Source: Candidatus Latescibacterota bacterium
Lineage (GTDB): Bacteria > Latescibacterota > UBA2968 > UBA8231
Length of the DNA: 64,000 bases
Direction: 5' to 3'
NCBI GenBank assembly: GCA_965248265.1
Contig: CBDFJF010000001.1
Span: 2,720,001 to 2,784,000, forward strand
The translations under genes and the position numbers were made by a program. Shown here one piece after another: positions 55,308 through 64,000 of this stretch. Each line of letters opens with the position of its first letter. Positions within the stretch are counted from its first letter, which is position 1. A model generated the notes under the pieces. It was given only the letters and a program-made list of their open reading frames with translations. It ran no database searches and was not told where the DNA came from.

Positions 55308-56026
55308 TCAGCGAATAACGCCCACTGCACCTTCGCCACATGAAACACCGGGATTGATCGCCTGATCGACGGCACACAGCCGCGCGTTGAGATCGACGAC
55401 GAGGCCGTTGGCTTGTGCCAGCTTGGACTCTGCCTGGGCGTACATGCTCTCGCCCTCACCGCTGGCAAACCCCTCGATGACGAGTGCCTGAGCGTCTATG
55501 CGCAAGACCATCAATTGCCTTACATCATCGTGCAGTGGAATCAGTGGGGGGGGCGGCACGATACGATCCAATTCCACCAACGCTTCCAGCAAGCGTGGCC
55601 GCACTGTCGTGTACACTGAATTGAGATTTTCCGCCGTCGCCACATTGCTGGACCCCACCGCTTGCTCCTGCACTTCGGTTTGAACCTCGTTCACGGCATC
55701 GATGACGGGGTTCAACGAAGAACGGTAGGCTTCGACTTCAGGCAGGTTGCCGAACGGCGTGTCGAATCCTCCGCTCACCGAATCATCGTCTCCGCATCCA
55801 GAGACTGCGATCAGGTAACCGCTGAGGACCAGGGCTAGGAGCCCGTTGATAAACCCGCTTTGGAGCTGAGGCCGAGCAATTTCGGCCGATATCAAGGCGT
55901 GCGATCGAGTCGCATCAGTGGGATGCGGCGAGTGAGCACAACGCAGAGATCGGACGAAAGGGCCGGCTTCAGGCCAAATGGGGTTTTTCAACGGGCTCCT
56001 AGGGAAAGTTGACGGACGGGATTCAA
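55308..56026 (-). pseudogene. Helical lipoprotein gene interrupted in its signal peptide by a MITE (may be rescued by an in-element TTG start at 55991)
   Basis: Removing 164 bp between the two CTAG sites restores MNPVRQLSLALVLSGYLIAVSG-C in frame, starting 1 nt after the upstream gene's stop. Confidence 0.75.
55835..56002. mobile_element. MITE-like element with CTAG target duplication
   Basis: CTAG-GAGCCCGTTGA(T/A)AAACCC inverted at both ends (21 of 22 match); internal hairpins. Confidence 0.85.
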
Positions 56027-56027
56027 C

Positions 56028-56507
56028 TCACCGGGTCTCGCTGACGCTACGCCTTTGCGGTTTTCCGGTCGCAATCCTGTCCGAGAGCTCCTTGACGACT
56101 TCCTCGACTGACTCCTTGCCAACCTCCCATTCGCCAACGGCGTAGGTGAAGGTCAGTCCCTGAGCTTTCGCGCTTTCTTGCAACTCAGCAATCTTGGAAT
56201 CCGCAAACGGCCGATCGCTGTCGAAGAGGATGACGATCTCATCACCCGAATACCACCTCGCAACCAGGTCGCTGCGACGCAAGGAGATGGCGGAAAAGGA
56301 GGCTTGAATTCGCGCGTCAACGGCGGTGTACCCCAGCTCGTTGTTGAGCACGTGGATCCTGTCTAGGTCGATGAAGACGACGGTGCGCCGACTGCGGGGC
56401 AAAACCTGACAGAACTGGAGGATGGCGCTACGGGTCCACATGCCGTACGCCGAATCCCAGCTGAGCTCTTCGACGCGTTGGCGTAATTCCTTGAGGTCTG
56501 TATCCAG
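56028..56507 (-). CDS. Small stand-alone GGDEF-like domain protein (SGDEI); start uncertain
   Basis: EELSWDSAYGMWTR, VVFIDLDRIH.LN.ELGY..VD, RRSDLVARWYSGDEIVILF; homology extends upstream of ATG 56441 to a CTG at 56507. Confidence 0.7.
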   Translation of the reverse strand: MDTDLKELRQRVEELSWDSAYGMWTRSAILQFCQVLPRSRRTVVFIDLDRIHVLNNELGYTAVDARIQASFSAISLRRSDLVARWYSGDEIVILFDSDRPFADSKIAELQESAKAQGLTFTYAVGEWEVGKESVEEVVKELSDRIATGKPQRRSVSETR

Positions 56508-56666
56508 GCCACACTATTTTGCAACAATTTCCTTCAGCACTGTGCCTGTACCCTCCATTTTGATTCACAATCGAATCGGCCTAAGCGGTCCCCCGGCAAC
56601 AAGATGACTCTTTTTTTTGTTCGGGGAAACAACCGCGATGACGGTATCAGTGATGCAGCCCGTCCG

Positions 56667-57470
56667 TCACAGCGTAACCGTGGTGCCGGCAAGCTTCTCA
56701 GTGATGGTCTCGATATCTGCCCTACTGGTCAAATCCAGAACTCCCGCTTCGAAAAACAGAGATTGAAAAGTCTGTCCTCGATCGATGGTGTACTGAACGG
56801 CGTCCGTCAGCTCCAGCTCACCGCGCGTCGAGGGCGGTATTACTCTGCAAGCCTCGAAGATATCGGCATGGAACCGCCAGCAGTTCATGCTGACCCCGAC
56901 CGGTTTGGGCAGGCTGTCGATAACCTCCGGAGTGGGCTTTTCGAGCACCCGAAGCAGACGGCCGTCTGCATCCGTGGATCCGACCGCGAACTTGGTGATA
57001 CGATCTGAGTCGATGTTACCGGACGAAAGCATGCTGTCGCGGTCGAACAAGGCCAGGCCGGGAGTGGATAGGTCCCGCAGTGCTCGCAGCGCCTCGGGCG
57101 GGTAGTAGTTATCCGAATTGAGCACCAGAATCGGGTCAGATGCGGAAAACTCCTCTGCTGCTGAGACGGCGTCGGCGGTGCCGCGAGGATGCTCCTGTAC
57201 GGCGAAGTGTATCTGGATGCGCACCCGCTCGACTGAGCCATAGTAGTCGCGGACGAGATCGTGCTCTGGACCGATAACGAGACACACGTGCCGGTACCCC
57301 GCATCTGCCAGACCGGACATGACGTAGTCGAGGAACGGGCGATCTATCGGCACCAATGCTTTGATGCCCTGTGACGCCATCGCCGATTGTTCCGAGGTCA
57401 GTTCGGTGGACGAGTCCTCAGCCCGCATTCTTGAGCCCAGACCGCGCGCGAGGATGACTGCCTTATCCAT
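56667..57470 (-). CDS. Sugar-1-phosphate nucleotidyltransferase (RmlA/GalU-like)
   Basis: KAVILARGLGSRMR, KALVPI.RPFLDY, Q..PRGTADAV, LNSDN, VLEKP, PSTRGELELTDA. Confidence 0.9.
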   Translation of the reverse strand: MDKAVILARGLGSRMRAEDSSTELTSEQSAMASQGIKALVPIDRPFLDYVMSGLADAGYRHVCLVIGPEHDLVRDYYGSVERVRIQIHFAVQEHPRGTADAVSAAEEFSASDPILVLNSDNYYPPEALRALRDLSTPGLALFDRDSMLSSGNIDSDRITKFAVGSTDADGRLLRVLEKPTPEVIDSLPKPVGVSMNCWRFHADIFEACRVIPPSTRGELELTDAVQYTIDRGQTFQSLFFEAGVLDLTSRADIETITEKLAGTTVTL

Positions 57471-57625
57471 TGTGCCTGCCCTTTCCTGCTGATTCACTCC
57501 TTGAGAAAACTGCCGCTGCCGAGCAACCAGGGGTAATCCGTTCCCTTCGTGACCGTGCATACGTATCACGTGAATACCGTTTATACAATTGTTTTTAATA
57601 CACTTAAAGTAAAATCTCACCGAAG

Positions 57626-57641
57626 TGGCACGGCACTTGCC
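57626..57641 (+). promoter_or_regulatory. Putative sigma54 promoter (near-perfect consensus)
   Basis: TGGCACGGCACTTGCC preceded by an AT-rich tract (about 57575-57615). Confidence 0.75.
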
Positions 57642-57909
57642 AGTATCTTACTGAGTGCCCCAGCGGCGGCACGGATGCAAAAATACGCAAAAAATACTTC
57701 GCTGGGGCTTGTTTATGTGCGCAGGATTGATGAGATTTCTGCTGTGGCTTCAGTAGTCACAACGATCTTCTGTGATCATGAGACGTCAACGGCGTCTCCG
57801 AGGCGGTGATCTCAGCAGGCTGCTTTCCTTCCTCGGGCGGGGGCTAACCCGGTTCTATTTCGAGGAATCACGGTGCCGACGCTCCCCGTGTGGGCCAAGG
57901 AGTATGGAC

Positions 57910-58020
57910 GTGCTGACTTCCGCCAGAAGAGAGACCAGGTTCCCTGTGCTGGTCTCCTGGATAGCATTTGCTGGACTCGTAGTCGTGTTTGGCCGCATTA
58001 TTCCGGCTCTTTTTCAGTAG
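57910..58020 (+). CDS. Small single-TM membrane peptide (36 aa)
   Basis: AAGGAG 7 nt before GTG; MLTSARRETRFPVLVSWIAFAGLVVVFGRIIPALFQ. Confidence 0.5.
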   Translation: MLTSARRETRFPVLVSWIAFAGLVVVFGRIIPALFQ

Positions 58021-58156
58021 CCCAGCCGGCCTTAGACCCGTTCCCCCGCTTCCGTAGCAAGCGGAGGCGAGTGCATCTTTCTCAATCTGCGCCGAATGCC
58101 ACACAGCATGTAGCGGTGTGGCATTGCTCCGCCACGCAGCCACGGGGGTGGGTGGG

Positions 58157-58942
58157 TCAAGCGGAGGCTCCGGAGTATCGTTTCAGACCTGCCTTCCAGA
58201 ACGCGCGTGATCCCACCAACAACGCTGCAGCCAATGCGATGGAGCCGGCCAGCAGGTCCGCATCCAAACGCCCAACCAGGGCCTGTGACGGCACGGTCAC
58301 CGCAAACGCGACCGGCACAAGAAAGGTCAGTGCTGCCTTCAGCCAACCTGGATAGATGGTGATCGGCCAGCGAGCGGCATCGTACATGCTGTGGAAGATC
58401 ATCAGAATGTTGCCGACACGGACGAACCAGAATGACATGGTCGCCAGGATGATCCAGAAGCTGTACATGATGGCGCCTCCCGCTGCCAAAGTCAGAGCGA
58501 ACTCTCCCATCGGTCGCCACCCCACCGACGCCCCCAGATGGTACAGGGCAACACTGATTATGATCAGTCCGGCGGCCACATCGATGATGCGCCAGACCCG
58601 GACCTGATTGACGCTGACGAGGACCTGCGCCTCCTCCGGCTTCGTGAGGATATAGTCCAGCGTTCCCTCCGTAACATCTTCGATCAGCTGCTCCATGCTG
58701 GGCTGAATCACCACTCCGATCAACCCCGCCATCATCGTGAAGACCCCCAATAGCACGACCAGTTGTGCCGGCTCCCAGCCGTTTAGGTTCTCGGTGTGAC
58801 TGTAGACGACCCCGACCGCTGCCAGTGACCAGGTGATGTTGAATCCCGTCTTGAACAACTGCATGACGAGGTTTGCCCGGTACTGCAGCTCGTTCATCAA
58901 GCCGATTCGAAAAAAGACAACGAGCAGCCGCAGCAGGCTCAT
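58157..58942 (-). CDS. ABC-2 type transporter permease (DUF990-like)
   Basis: ELQYRAN, GW..AQL, EGTLDYILTKP, ARWPITIYP.WL...LTFLVPVAF, GLKRYSGASA; ATGA overlap with upstream gene. Confidence 0.9.
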   Translation of the reverse strand: MSLLRLLVVFFRIGLMNELQYRANLVMQLFKTGFNITWSLAAVGVVYSHTENLNGWEPAQLVVLLGVFTMMAGLIGVVIQPSMEQLIEDVTEGTLDYILTKPEEAQVLVSVNQVRVWRIIDVAAGLIIISVALYHLGASVGWRPMGEFALTLAAGGAIMYSFWIILATMSFWFVRVGNILMIFHSMYDAARWPITIYPGWLKAALTFLVPVAFAVTVPSQALVGRLDADLLAGSIALAAALLVGSRAFWKAGLKRYSGASA

Positions 58943-59733
58943 GCGCCCACCGCTGAGTAGCGTCGAGCAGCGCGGTGCCAGCACAGATTTAGCACACCCA
59001 GCGCCAGGACCAGCCAAATCGCCTGAGCCGCCAGGCCGATCATCGCTTGAGATTGAGAAACACGGCCCAACAACAACTCCACCGGGAAAGAGACCATCCA
59101 GCGGAAGGGCAACGCCGAGGCACCCACCTGCACCCATTCCGGCATCAGGGACAATGGCGCCACCTTGCCCGTCAAAAACATTCCGGTCACCCAGTACAGA
59201 TTGTTCAACCCGGAGGTATCCGTGACCCAAAAGGCCAGTAGGGCAACGGTCCACTCGACCGCGAAACGCATCAAGAAAGCGAGGACGACCGCCGGGACGA
59301 ATGCGACTAGAGCCCAACCCGGTGTGTCGAAGGCGGGCTCGAAGTACCATGTCAGAAGACCGGCGGCTGGCACCACGACGACGAGGGTCAGCAGCTTGTA
59401 GGCGATGTTGCTTGTCAGATCCCGGTGGATGGGATGCAGGGGCTGCAGCAGCAGGGGAGAAAAAGAACCCGAGCGCACACGCCATCCCATTTCGTGCATG
59501 TGCCAATCGAAGGTAACATGGTTAACCACCATGAAGACGATGTAGTAGGCCGCCAGCCCCGGCTCGTCAAAATCGCCGACGCTGCCGTCTCGGGAACGTG
59601 CCACCGTGATCCAGACGACGAGATAGACGACAGGCTGCAGCATCAATCCCAGCAGCCAGATCAGCATGGCTGCCCTGTACTGCAACATGACGGCAAGTTC
59701 GGTACGCAACAGGGACGCGTAGATCCTTCGCAC
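58939..59733 (-). CDS. ABC-2 type transporter permease (DUF990-like)
   Basis: MLQYRA, VRSGSFSPLLLQP.HP, G.VAPL..MP.W, LPF...FPVE, RRYSAVGA; TAGTG overlap. Confidence 0.9.
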   Translation of the reverse strand: MRRIYASLLRTELAVMLQYRAAMLIWLLGLMLQPVVYLVVWITVARSRDGSVGDFDEPGLAAYYIVFMVVNHVTFDWHMHEMGWRVRSGSFSPLLLQPLHPIHRDLTSNIAYKLLTLVVVVPAAGLLTWYFEPAFDTPGWALVAFVPAVVLAFLMRFAVEWTVALLAFWVTDTSGLNNLYWVTGMFLTGKVAPLSLMPEWVQVGASALPFRWMVSFPVELLLGRVSQSQAMIGLAAQAIWLVLALGVLNLCWHRAARRYSAVGA

Positions 59734-60719
59734 TATTCCGCTTCCTGAGCGAAGACTTGCTCGATGACTTCCTCGATCGGAGGCTCCTGCACGGTCAGGT
59801 CGATGACCGGCAGCGCCGACAGCAGCTGACCCGTCAAGCTCGCCGCCGTCTCTTTGGGTACCAGCAGTGTGACCCGGGTGCCGTCGTGGTCGACGACTTC
59901 GCCGTACGAGCTCAGGTCGAGGCCTTCTTGATCCAGCTCGACTACGATCGTCTTGCGGGGTGAGAATTTCTCCACCAAAGCGCTCAGGGCGCCGTCGAAC
60001 AGCAGCTGTCCGTGGTGGATGACGAGGACGCGTTCGCACAGCGCCTCGACATCGGCCATGTAGTGGCTGGTTAGCAACACGGTGGCATCATAGAGCTTGT
60101 TGTAGGCGCCGATGAAGCTGCGGATCCGACGCTGCATCGTGACATCCAGACCGAGCGTGGGCTCGTCCAGGAAGAGGATACGCGGACGGTGGAGGAGCGC
60201 CGCGGCGACCTCGCACTTCATGCGCTCTCCCAGCGACAGATTGCGTACCGGTTTCTGCAGCAACTCTCCCAAATCGAGCAGCTGCGAAAGCCCGTCGACG
60301 GTCTCCCGGAACTGAGCCATCGGTATGCGGTAGATGGCGCGGTTGCGCTCGAAGGAGTCCGACACCGGGATGTCCCAGACAAGCTGGTTGCGATTGCCCA
60401 TCACCAGGGTGATCTGGCGCAGGAAGGAGCGCTCGCGCTTGAAGGGCTCGGCGCCCAGCACACTCACGGCGCCCGCAGAGGGGTTCAGCAGGCCGGACAT
60501 CATCTTCAGAGTCGTCGTCTTGCCGGCTCCATTGGGACCGAGAAAACCGACGATCTCACCCGAAGCCACCTCGAATGAAATCTCCTTGACCGCCTCCACT
60601 TCTTCGGTGCGACGGCGCACGACGCTCTTGAGTGCCGCGGACAGTCCGGGGTCGCGGACCGGAATCCGGTAGTTCTTGGACAGGTTCCGTACTGAGATCG
60701 GGCTGGAATCAACTCCCAT
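59733..60719 (-). CDS. ABC transporter ATP-binding protein
   Basis: GPNGAGKTT, LSLGERMK, LFLDEPT, TSHYM. Confidence 0.95.
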   Translation of the reverse strand: MGVDSSPISVRNLSKNYRIPVRDPGLSAALKSVVRRRTEEVEAVKEISFEVASGEIVGFLGPNGAGKTTTLKMMSGLLNPSAGAVSVLGAEPFKRERSFLRQITLVMGNRNQLVWDIPVSDSFERNRAIYRIPMAQFRETVDGLSQLLDLGELLQKPVRNLSLGERMKCEVAAALLHRPRILFLDEPTLGLDVTMQRRIRSFIGAYNKLYDATVLLTSHYMADVEALCERVLVIHHGQLLFDGALSALVEKFSPRKTIVVELDQEGLDLSSYGEVVDHDGTRVTLLVPKETAASLTGQLLSALPVIDLTVQEPPIEEVIEQVFAQEAE

Positions 60720-60723
60720 TTCC

Positions 60724-63700
60724 CTATCCTGACTTGAGGGCTGGTAGCAATTTGGCTTGCATCGCCAACAGAGCGGCGATGGCGGCGGACGCCATTCCGG
60801 CCGCGACCACGAGACCCAGCGTAACCGCGAGTGATTTCCACGGCATTGCGGTTCCTCCCAGGTGAGGCAACACGGCCGCCAGTGCGCACCCGGTGCCCAG
60901 AACGACTCCGGTCAGCAACAGAACCCCACTCTCGGTCAGCAGCATACGATAGAGTCGTGTACGGGTGAAGCCGAAGGCTCGCTGAACCGCCAGTTCCCCG
61001 GTGCGTTCGAGCGCATTTCTGATCGAGACGATGGCCAGGCCGAGTGTCCCCAGAAGGAGACCGAGGCCACCTAGTGTCTGGAAGGTCGAAAGGTAGGTGT
61101 TCTCGACAGCCTGGAAACGCGCCGCCCGTTCGCTCGCTGCCATGACGTCGAAACCGTATGCCTCCAGGTCACGCTCAAGATCAACTGCCAGTCCCGCTGC
61201 ATCGAGCTCGGCGGGGACGTCGAAGGCATAGAAACCGAACCCGGATTCGGCCGGGAAATAGCGTTCAAAATTCTCCATAGACATCAGCAGTTCACTCTGG
61301 AAGACGCTGCGATCCAGGAGTCCGACCAGGAGCAACTCAACCTGGGCGCCATCAGGATTGACGTCCAGGGTCAGTCGGTCTCCCACATCGAGATGTAGAA
61401 TCCATCGAGCGGAGTTGTAGTCACCGAACACGGGAATCGTGCCGGGGCCCAGGTCGAGGTTTAACAACGACCAGGGATTCTCTTTTGCGACAACAGCCTG
61501 TGGGAAGGATTCCACTTGCTTGAAGTGGAAGCCGCCCCGTTGAATGAATTCATCAGGTACGCCCAGAACACGGGGACGCTCGGGTCTGTAGAGATTGAGG
61601 CAGCTTGCATCTTCGCCGGATCTGTTGCGAAAGGCGAACACTCGTGACTGCGACAATACACTCTTGACCCCGAGGGACAGCGCCAGTTCGTCGCGGCCAC
61701 TGCTGGTGGTCAAGCTCTGAAAAAGCGGGATCTCCGTTTCGGCCAGCAGAGCGAATCCTCCCGTTGTCGCTACATCCTTGCCGACATCATCGAAATCCCT
61801 GCCGCTGGCGCCGACGGCGACGATGACGAAACAGGCACACGCTATCAGAGAGACGGCCAGCATGCTGCGGCCCGGGTGCCGGCCTATGTTGCGCACCCCC
61901 ATGCGCACCCCGATACCTCCCAGCGTCGATATGGAAGAGGCGTTGACACGGACGCGCCCCTTCATCCACGACGAACACACGCTCAAACCACATCCCAGAA
62001 GCGCCGCACCGCTGAAGAAGAACAACCCAGCTGCGTGACTCGAGTCCGCCCCATTCGCCAGAAGAGCCCCTGCACCAGCGCAGAGCGCAAACAGGACAGC
62101 CACCGGTGACCGCCTGCGCCCTGTTGACTGAATCGACAGTGAACTGGCGCTACCGGCGAGCAGGGAGCGTACCGGCAGGCGTGAGTAGCGGCGTACGGCC
62201 ACGAGGATGGAAGCGGCCACGATGACGACAGAAAAAACAAGGCCACCGACAAGGCTGCTCGCCTCAACGTGCAGTTGCAGATCGGGGGTGCCGACGGCGT
62301 CCTGCCACAGGTGGCGCAGACCCGCCAGCATTGCCCATCCGTAGCCAAGGGAGCCGGCCATGCCGATGATTCCGCCGACAAGGGCGAGAGCGATCCCCTC
62401 CAGCAGGAAACGACGCCGGACCAACGCAACCGTGAATCCGACGGCCATGAGCAACCCCAACTCGCGCAGTCGCTGCTCAACGTTGAGCCTGAAGAGCAAT
62501 ACCACCAGTAACAGGGCAGCGGTGATGATGAACAGGCTGAAGCCGATGAAGAGCATGCTGAAATCGGTGGCCCCCTCAGCTGCTCTCAACCCCTGCTCTC
62601 GTACTGGCTGGAAAACGAAGCCTGCCTGCTGTGGTCGCAGTTGCTGCAGCAAAGCCCGTTCAAACAGGGCGGTCGTCGTCGCCAAGTCATTGTCCGGTGC
62701 GGCGGCGATGCGAAACGAGGTCATCTCTCCAAAGCGGTTGCTCCACATTCGCGCCCCTGCCTCGATCCCGACGAAGGCCTTAGGCGTTGCGCCATGCTGT
62801 TCCCAATAGGCCTCGTCGCGCGCGCGTATGCGATTGAGGTCGACGGGAAACGGCGTTGACCAGTCCCCAATGTTGCGCGCTCCCTGAATACCGGGATAGT
62901 CGGGTGTAAGGCCGCGATCCGCCCCTGAGCCCGTCATCGCCACGACACCACTCACCCTTAACCGTGTGTGGCGGGTTTGCAGCTGTTCATCCGGGTCGAC
63001 GATGTAGTAGCTGAGTGTGACGGAATCTCCTGCTGCCACCGCCAGATCTTCAGCAACCCATTCATTCACCAGGATCTCGTTGTCGTTGAGGGTGGGAGCC
63101 CTGGAGCCATCCCTCAGCTCAAGGCGCCCCAAAGTACGCGCTGCCTGGTCCAGTACGCCGGGATCGAGTGCCGTAACGGTCGAATAGGGTACGGATCCGT
63201 CATCGCTGGCGATCGCTGTCGCCATGTAGGTGAACACGCTGGCGTGGGGGGCCTGAACCTCAAGTGCAGCACGGCCGGCGGCGGCGCTGCTCGCTGCATC
63301 GATGAGAAAGCGTCGGCTCTCCAGTACGGCAGCATCAGAACCGACCCGCACGAACAGTCCGTAGTCTTCCAGGGTGAGAGCGGCATCCAAGGCCGCGGCG
63401 AGCTGCCCGCATCCGTCACTGGAACCGTCCTCGGCCAGGAGCAAGGCGTTGACCTTCCCCTGACGATCCAGCGCGGTCTCCAGGTCGTCCAGCGGCACGA
63501 AAATGTTCAGCGGCTGCGCTTGATGTGGTTGCAAACCAAAACGTCCTAGGCCGTCGTCTTCGACAACACGACGCAGGCGCAGCCGCAGACGTTGCACCAC
63601 GTCCGCGGAAGCACGTCTGCCGAACAGTGATTCACGCGGCACGGCCGTCTGGCGTTGAAAGGCAACGATCAGATCGTCACCTACTCGTGCGCCCAGTTGC

Positions 63701-64000
63701 TGTTGCAGAGAACGGTTGATGATGGCGGGGGGAAAGACGACACGGGCGCTGGATGCTGCCGGACCGGTGAAATCGAGCTCACCTCCCAGCATCCGGGCAA
63801 GGGCGGGATCGGCTCCTACGATTTGAACACGGGACGCCCGGGCTCTGCTCTGCACGTGCACGGCAGTCCCTGCCAGCAAAGTGGCGGGAACCACCTGCGC
63901 TCCTGACACGGTGGCCAGGTCAGCGGCGACACTTGCTCGGAAGAAACGCTCCGACACCAGAGCCTGGTCGATGGCGCCCAGACGCTCCAGGGTGATCTGG
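60724..64000 (-). CDS. Large FtsX/MacB-type ABC permease (5' end lies beyond the window)
   Basis: Two FtsX domains (EQRLRELGLLMAVGF; ERTGELAVQRAFGF); frame is open towards the window edge. Confidence 0.88.
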   Translation of the reverse strand, partial: QITLERLGAIDQALVSERFFRASVAADLATVSGAQVVPATLLAGTAVHVQSRARASRVQIVGADPALARMLGGELDFTGPAASSARVVFPPAIINRSLQQQLGARVGDDLIVAFQRQTAVPRESLFGRRASADVVQRLRLRLRRVVEDDGLGRFGLQPHQAQPLNIFVPLDDLETALDRQGKVNALLLAEDGSSDGCGQLAAALDAALTLEDYGLFVRVGSDAAVLESRRFLIDAASSAAAGRAALEVQAPHASVFTYMATAIASDDGSVPYSTVTALDPGVLDQAARTLGRLELRDGSRAPTLNDNEILVNEWVAEDLAVAAGDSVTLSYYIVDPDEQLQTRHTRLRVSGVVAMTGSGADRGLTPDYPGIQGARNIGDWSTPFPVDLNRIRARDEAYWEQHGATPKAFVGIEAGARMWSNRFGEMTSFRIAAAPDNDLATTTALFERALLQQLRPQQAGFVFQPVREQGLRAAEGATDFSMLFIGFSLFIITAALLLVVLLFRLNVEQRLRELGLLMAVGFTVALVRRRFLLEGIALALVGGIIGMAGSLGYGWAMLAGLRHLWQDAVGTPDLQLHVEASSLVGGLVFSVVIVAASILVAVRRYSRLPVRSLLAGSASSLSIQSTGRRRSPVAVLFALCAGAGALLANGADSSHAAGLFFFSGAALLGCGLSVCSSWMKGRVRVNASSISTLGGIGVRMGVRNIGRHPGRSMLAVSLIACACFVIVAVGASGRDFDDVGKDVATTGGFALLAETEIPLFQSLTTSSGRDELALSLGVKSVLSQSRVFAFRNRSGEDASCLNLYRPERPRVLGVPDEFIQRGGFHFKQVESFPQAVVAKENPWSLLNLDLGPGTIPVFGDYNSARWILHLDVGDRLTLDVNPDGAQVELLLVGLLDRSVFQSELLMSMENFERYFPAESGFGFYAFDVPAELDAAGLAVDLERDLEAYGFDVMAASERAARFQAVENTYLSTFQTLGGLGLLLGTLGLAIVSIRNALERTGELAVQRAFGFTRTRLYRMLLTESGVLLLTGVVLGTGCALAAVLPHLGGTAMPWKSLAVTLGLVVAAGMASAAIAALLAMQAKLLPALKSG

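Noticed and set aside
58943-60039. N-terminal extensions given by the ORF track for the ABC-2 permeases (similarly cyclophilin, glutaredoxin, nucleotidyltransferase, second DMT)
   Set aside because: They overlap neighbouring genes or promoters; downstream starts fit family N-termini and stop/start overlaps
1-64000. tRNA, rRNA, transposase, prophage or defence-system genes
   Set aside because: None recognised by eye; a covariance-model and HMM scan is needed to exclude small or divergent ones

Overview
GC-rich bacterial chromosomal segment. The many secreted proteins ending in an 'NxPNPFNPxTxIxF...KMxLLK/R' FlgD-Ig/T9SS-like tail, together with cohesin and dockerin modules, suggest an FCB-superphylum organism such as Ca. 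Latescibacterota; this taxonomy is inference. About 47 protein genes are present, mostly housekeeping or metabolic (groEL 3' end, comM, glmS, EndoQ, M3 peptidase, cyclophilin, aldehyde dehydrogenase, ABC exporter). No rRNA, tRNA or CRISPR array was recognised. The main candidate new system is an ~18 kb minus-strand locus (27091-45166). It comprises a sensor-less sigma54 activator, a sigma54 promoter, four large acidic secreted proteins that each carry both cohesin- and dockerin-like modules but no catalytic domain (one has a 7-blade FG-GAP propeller), an exosortase-H-like protease with its partner membrane protein, and a target protein with an unusual 'IPFGG'-TM-RRR sorting tail. Other observations: two MITE-like elements with unrelated terminal repeats share a covarying 47-nt structured core, and one of them interrupts a lipoprotein signal peptide; a type-1-copper protein/adenylate cyclase/porin/HDOD operon; two further sigma54 promoters (one apparently leaderless for comM, one ahead of a 36-aa membrane peptide); and several short tandem repeats sitting on stop codons. 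All family assignments come from motif reading by eye, not database searches.
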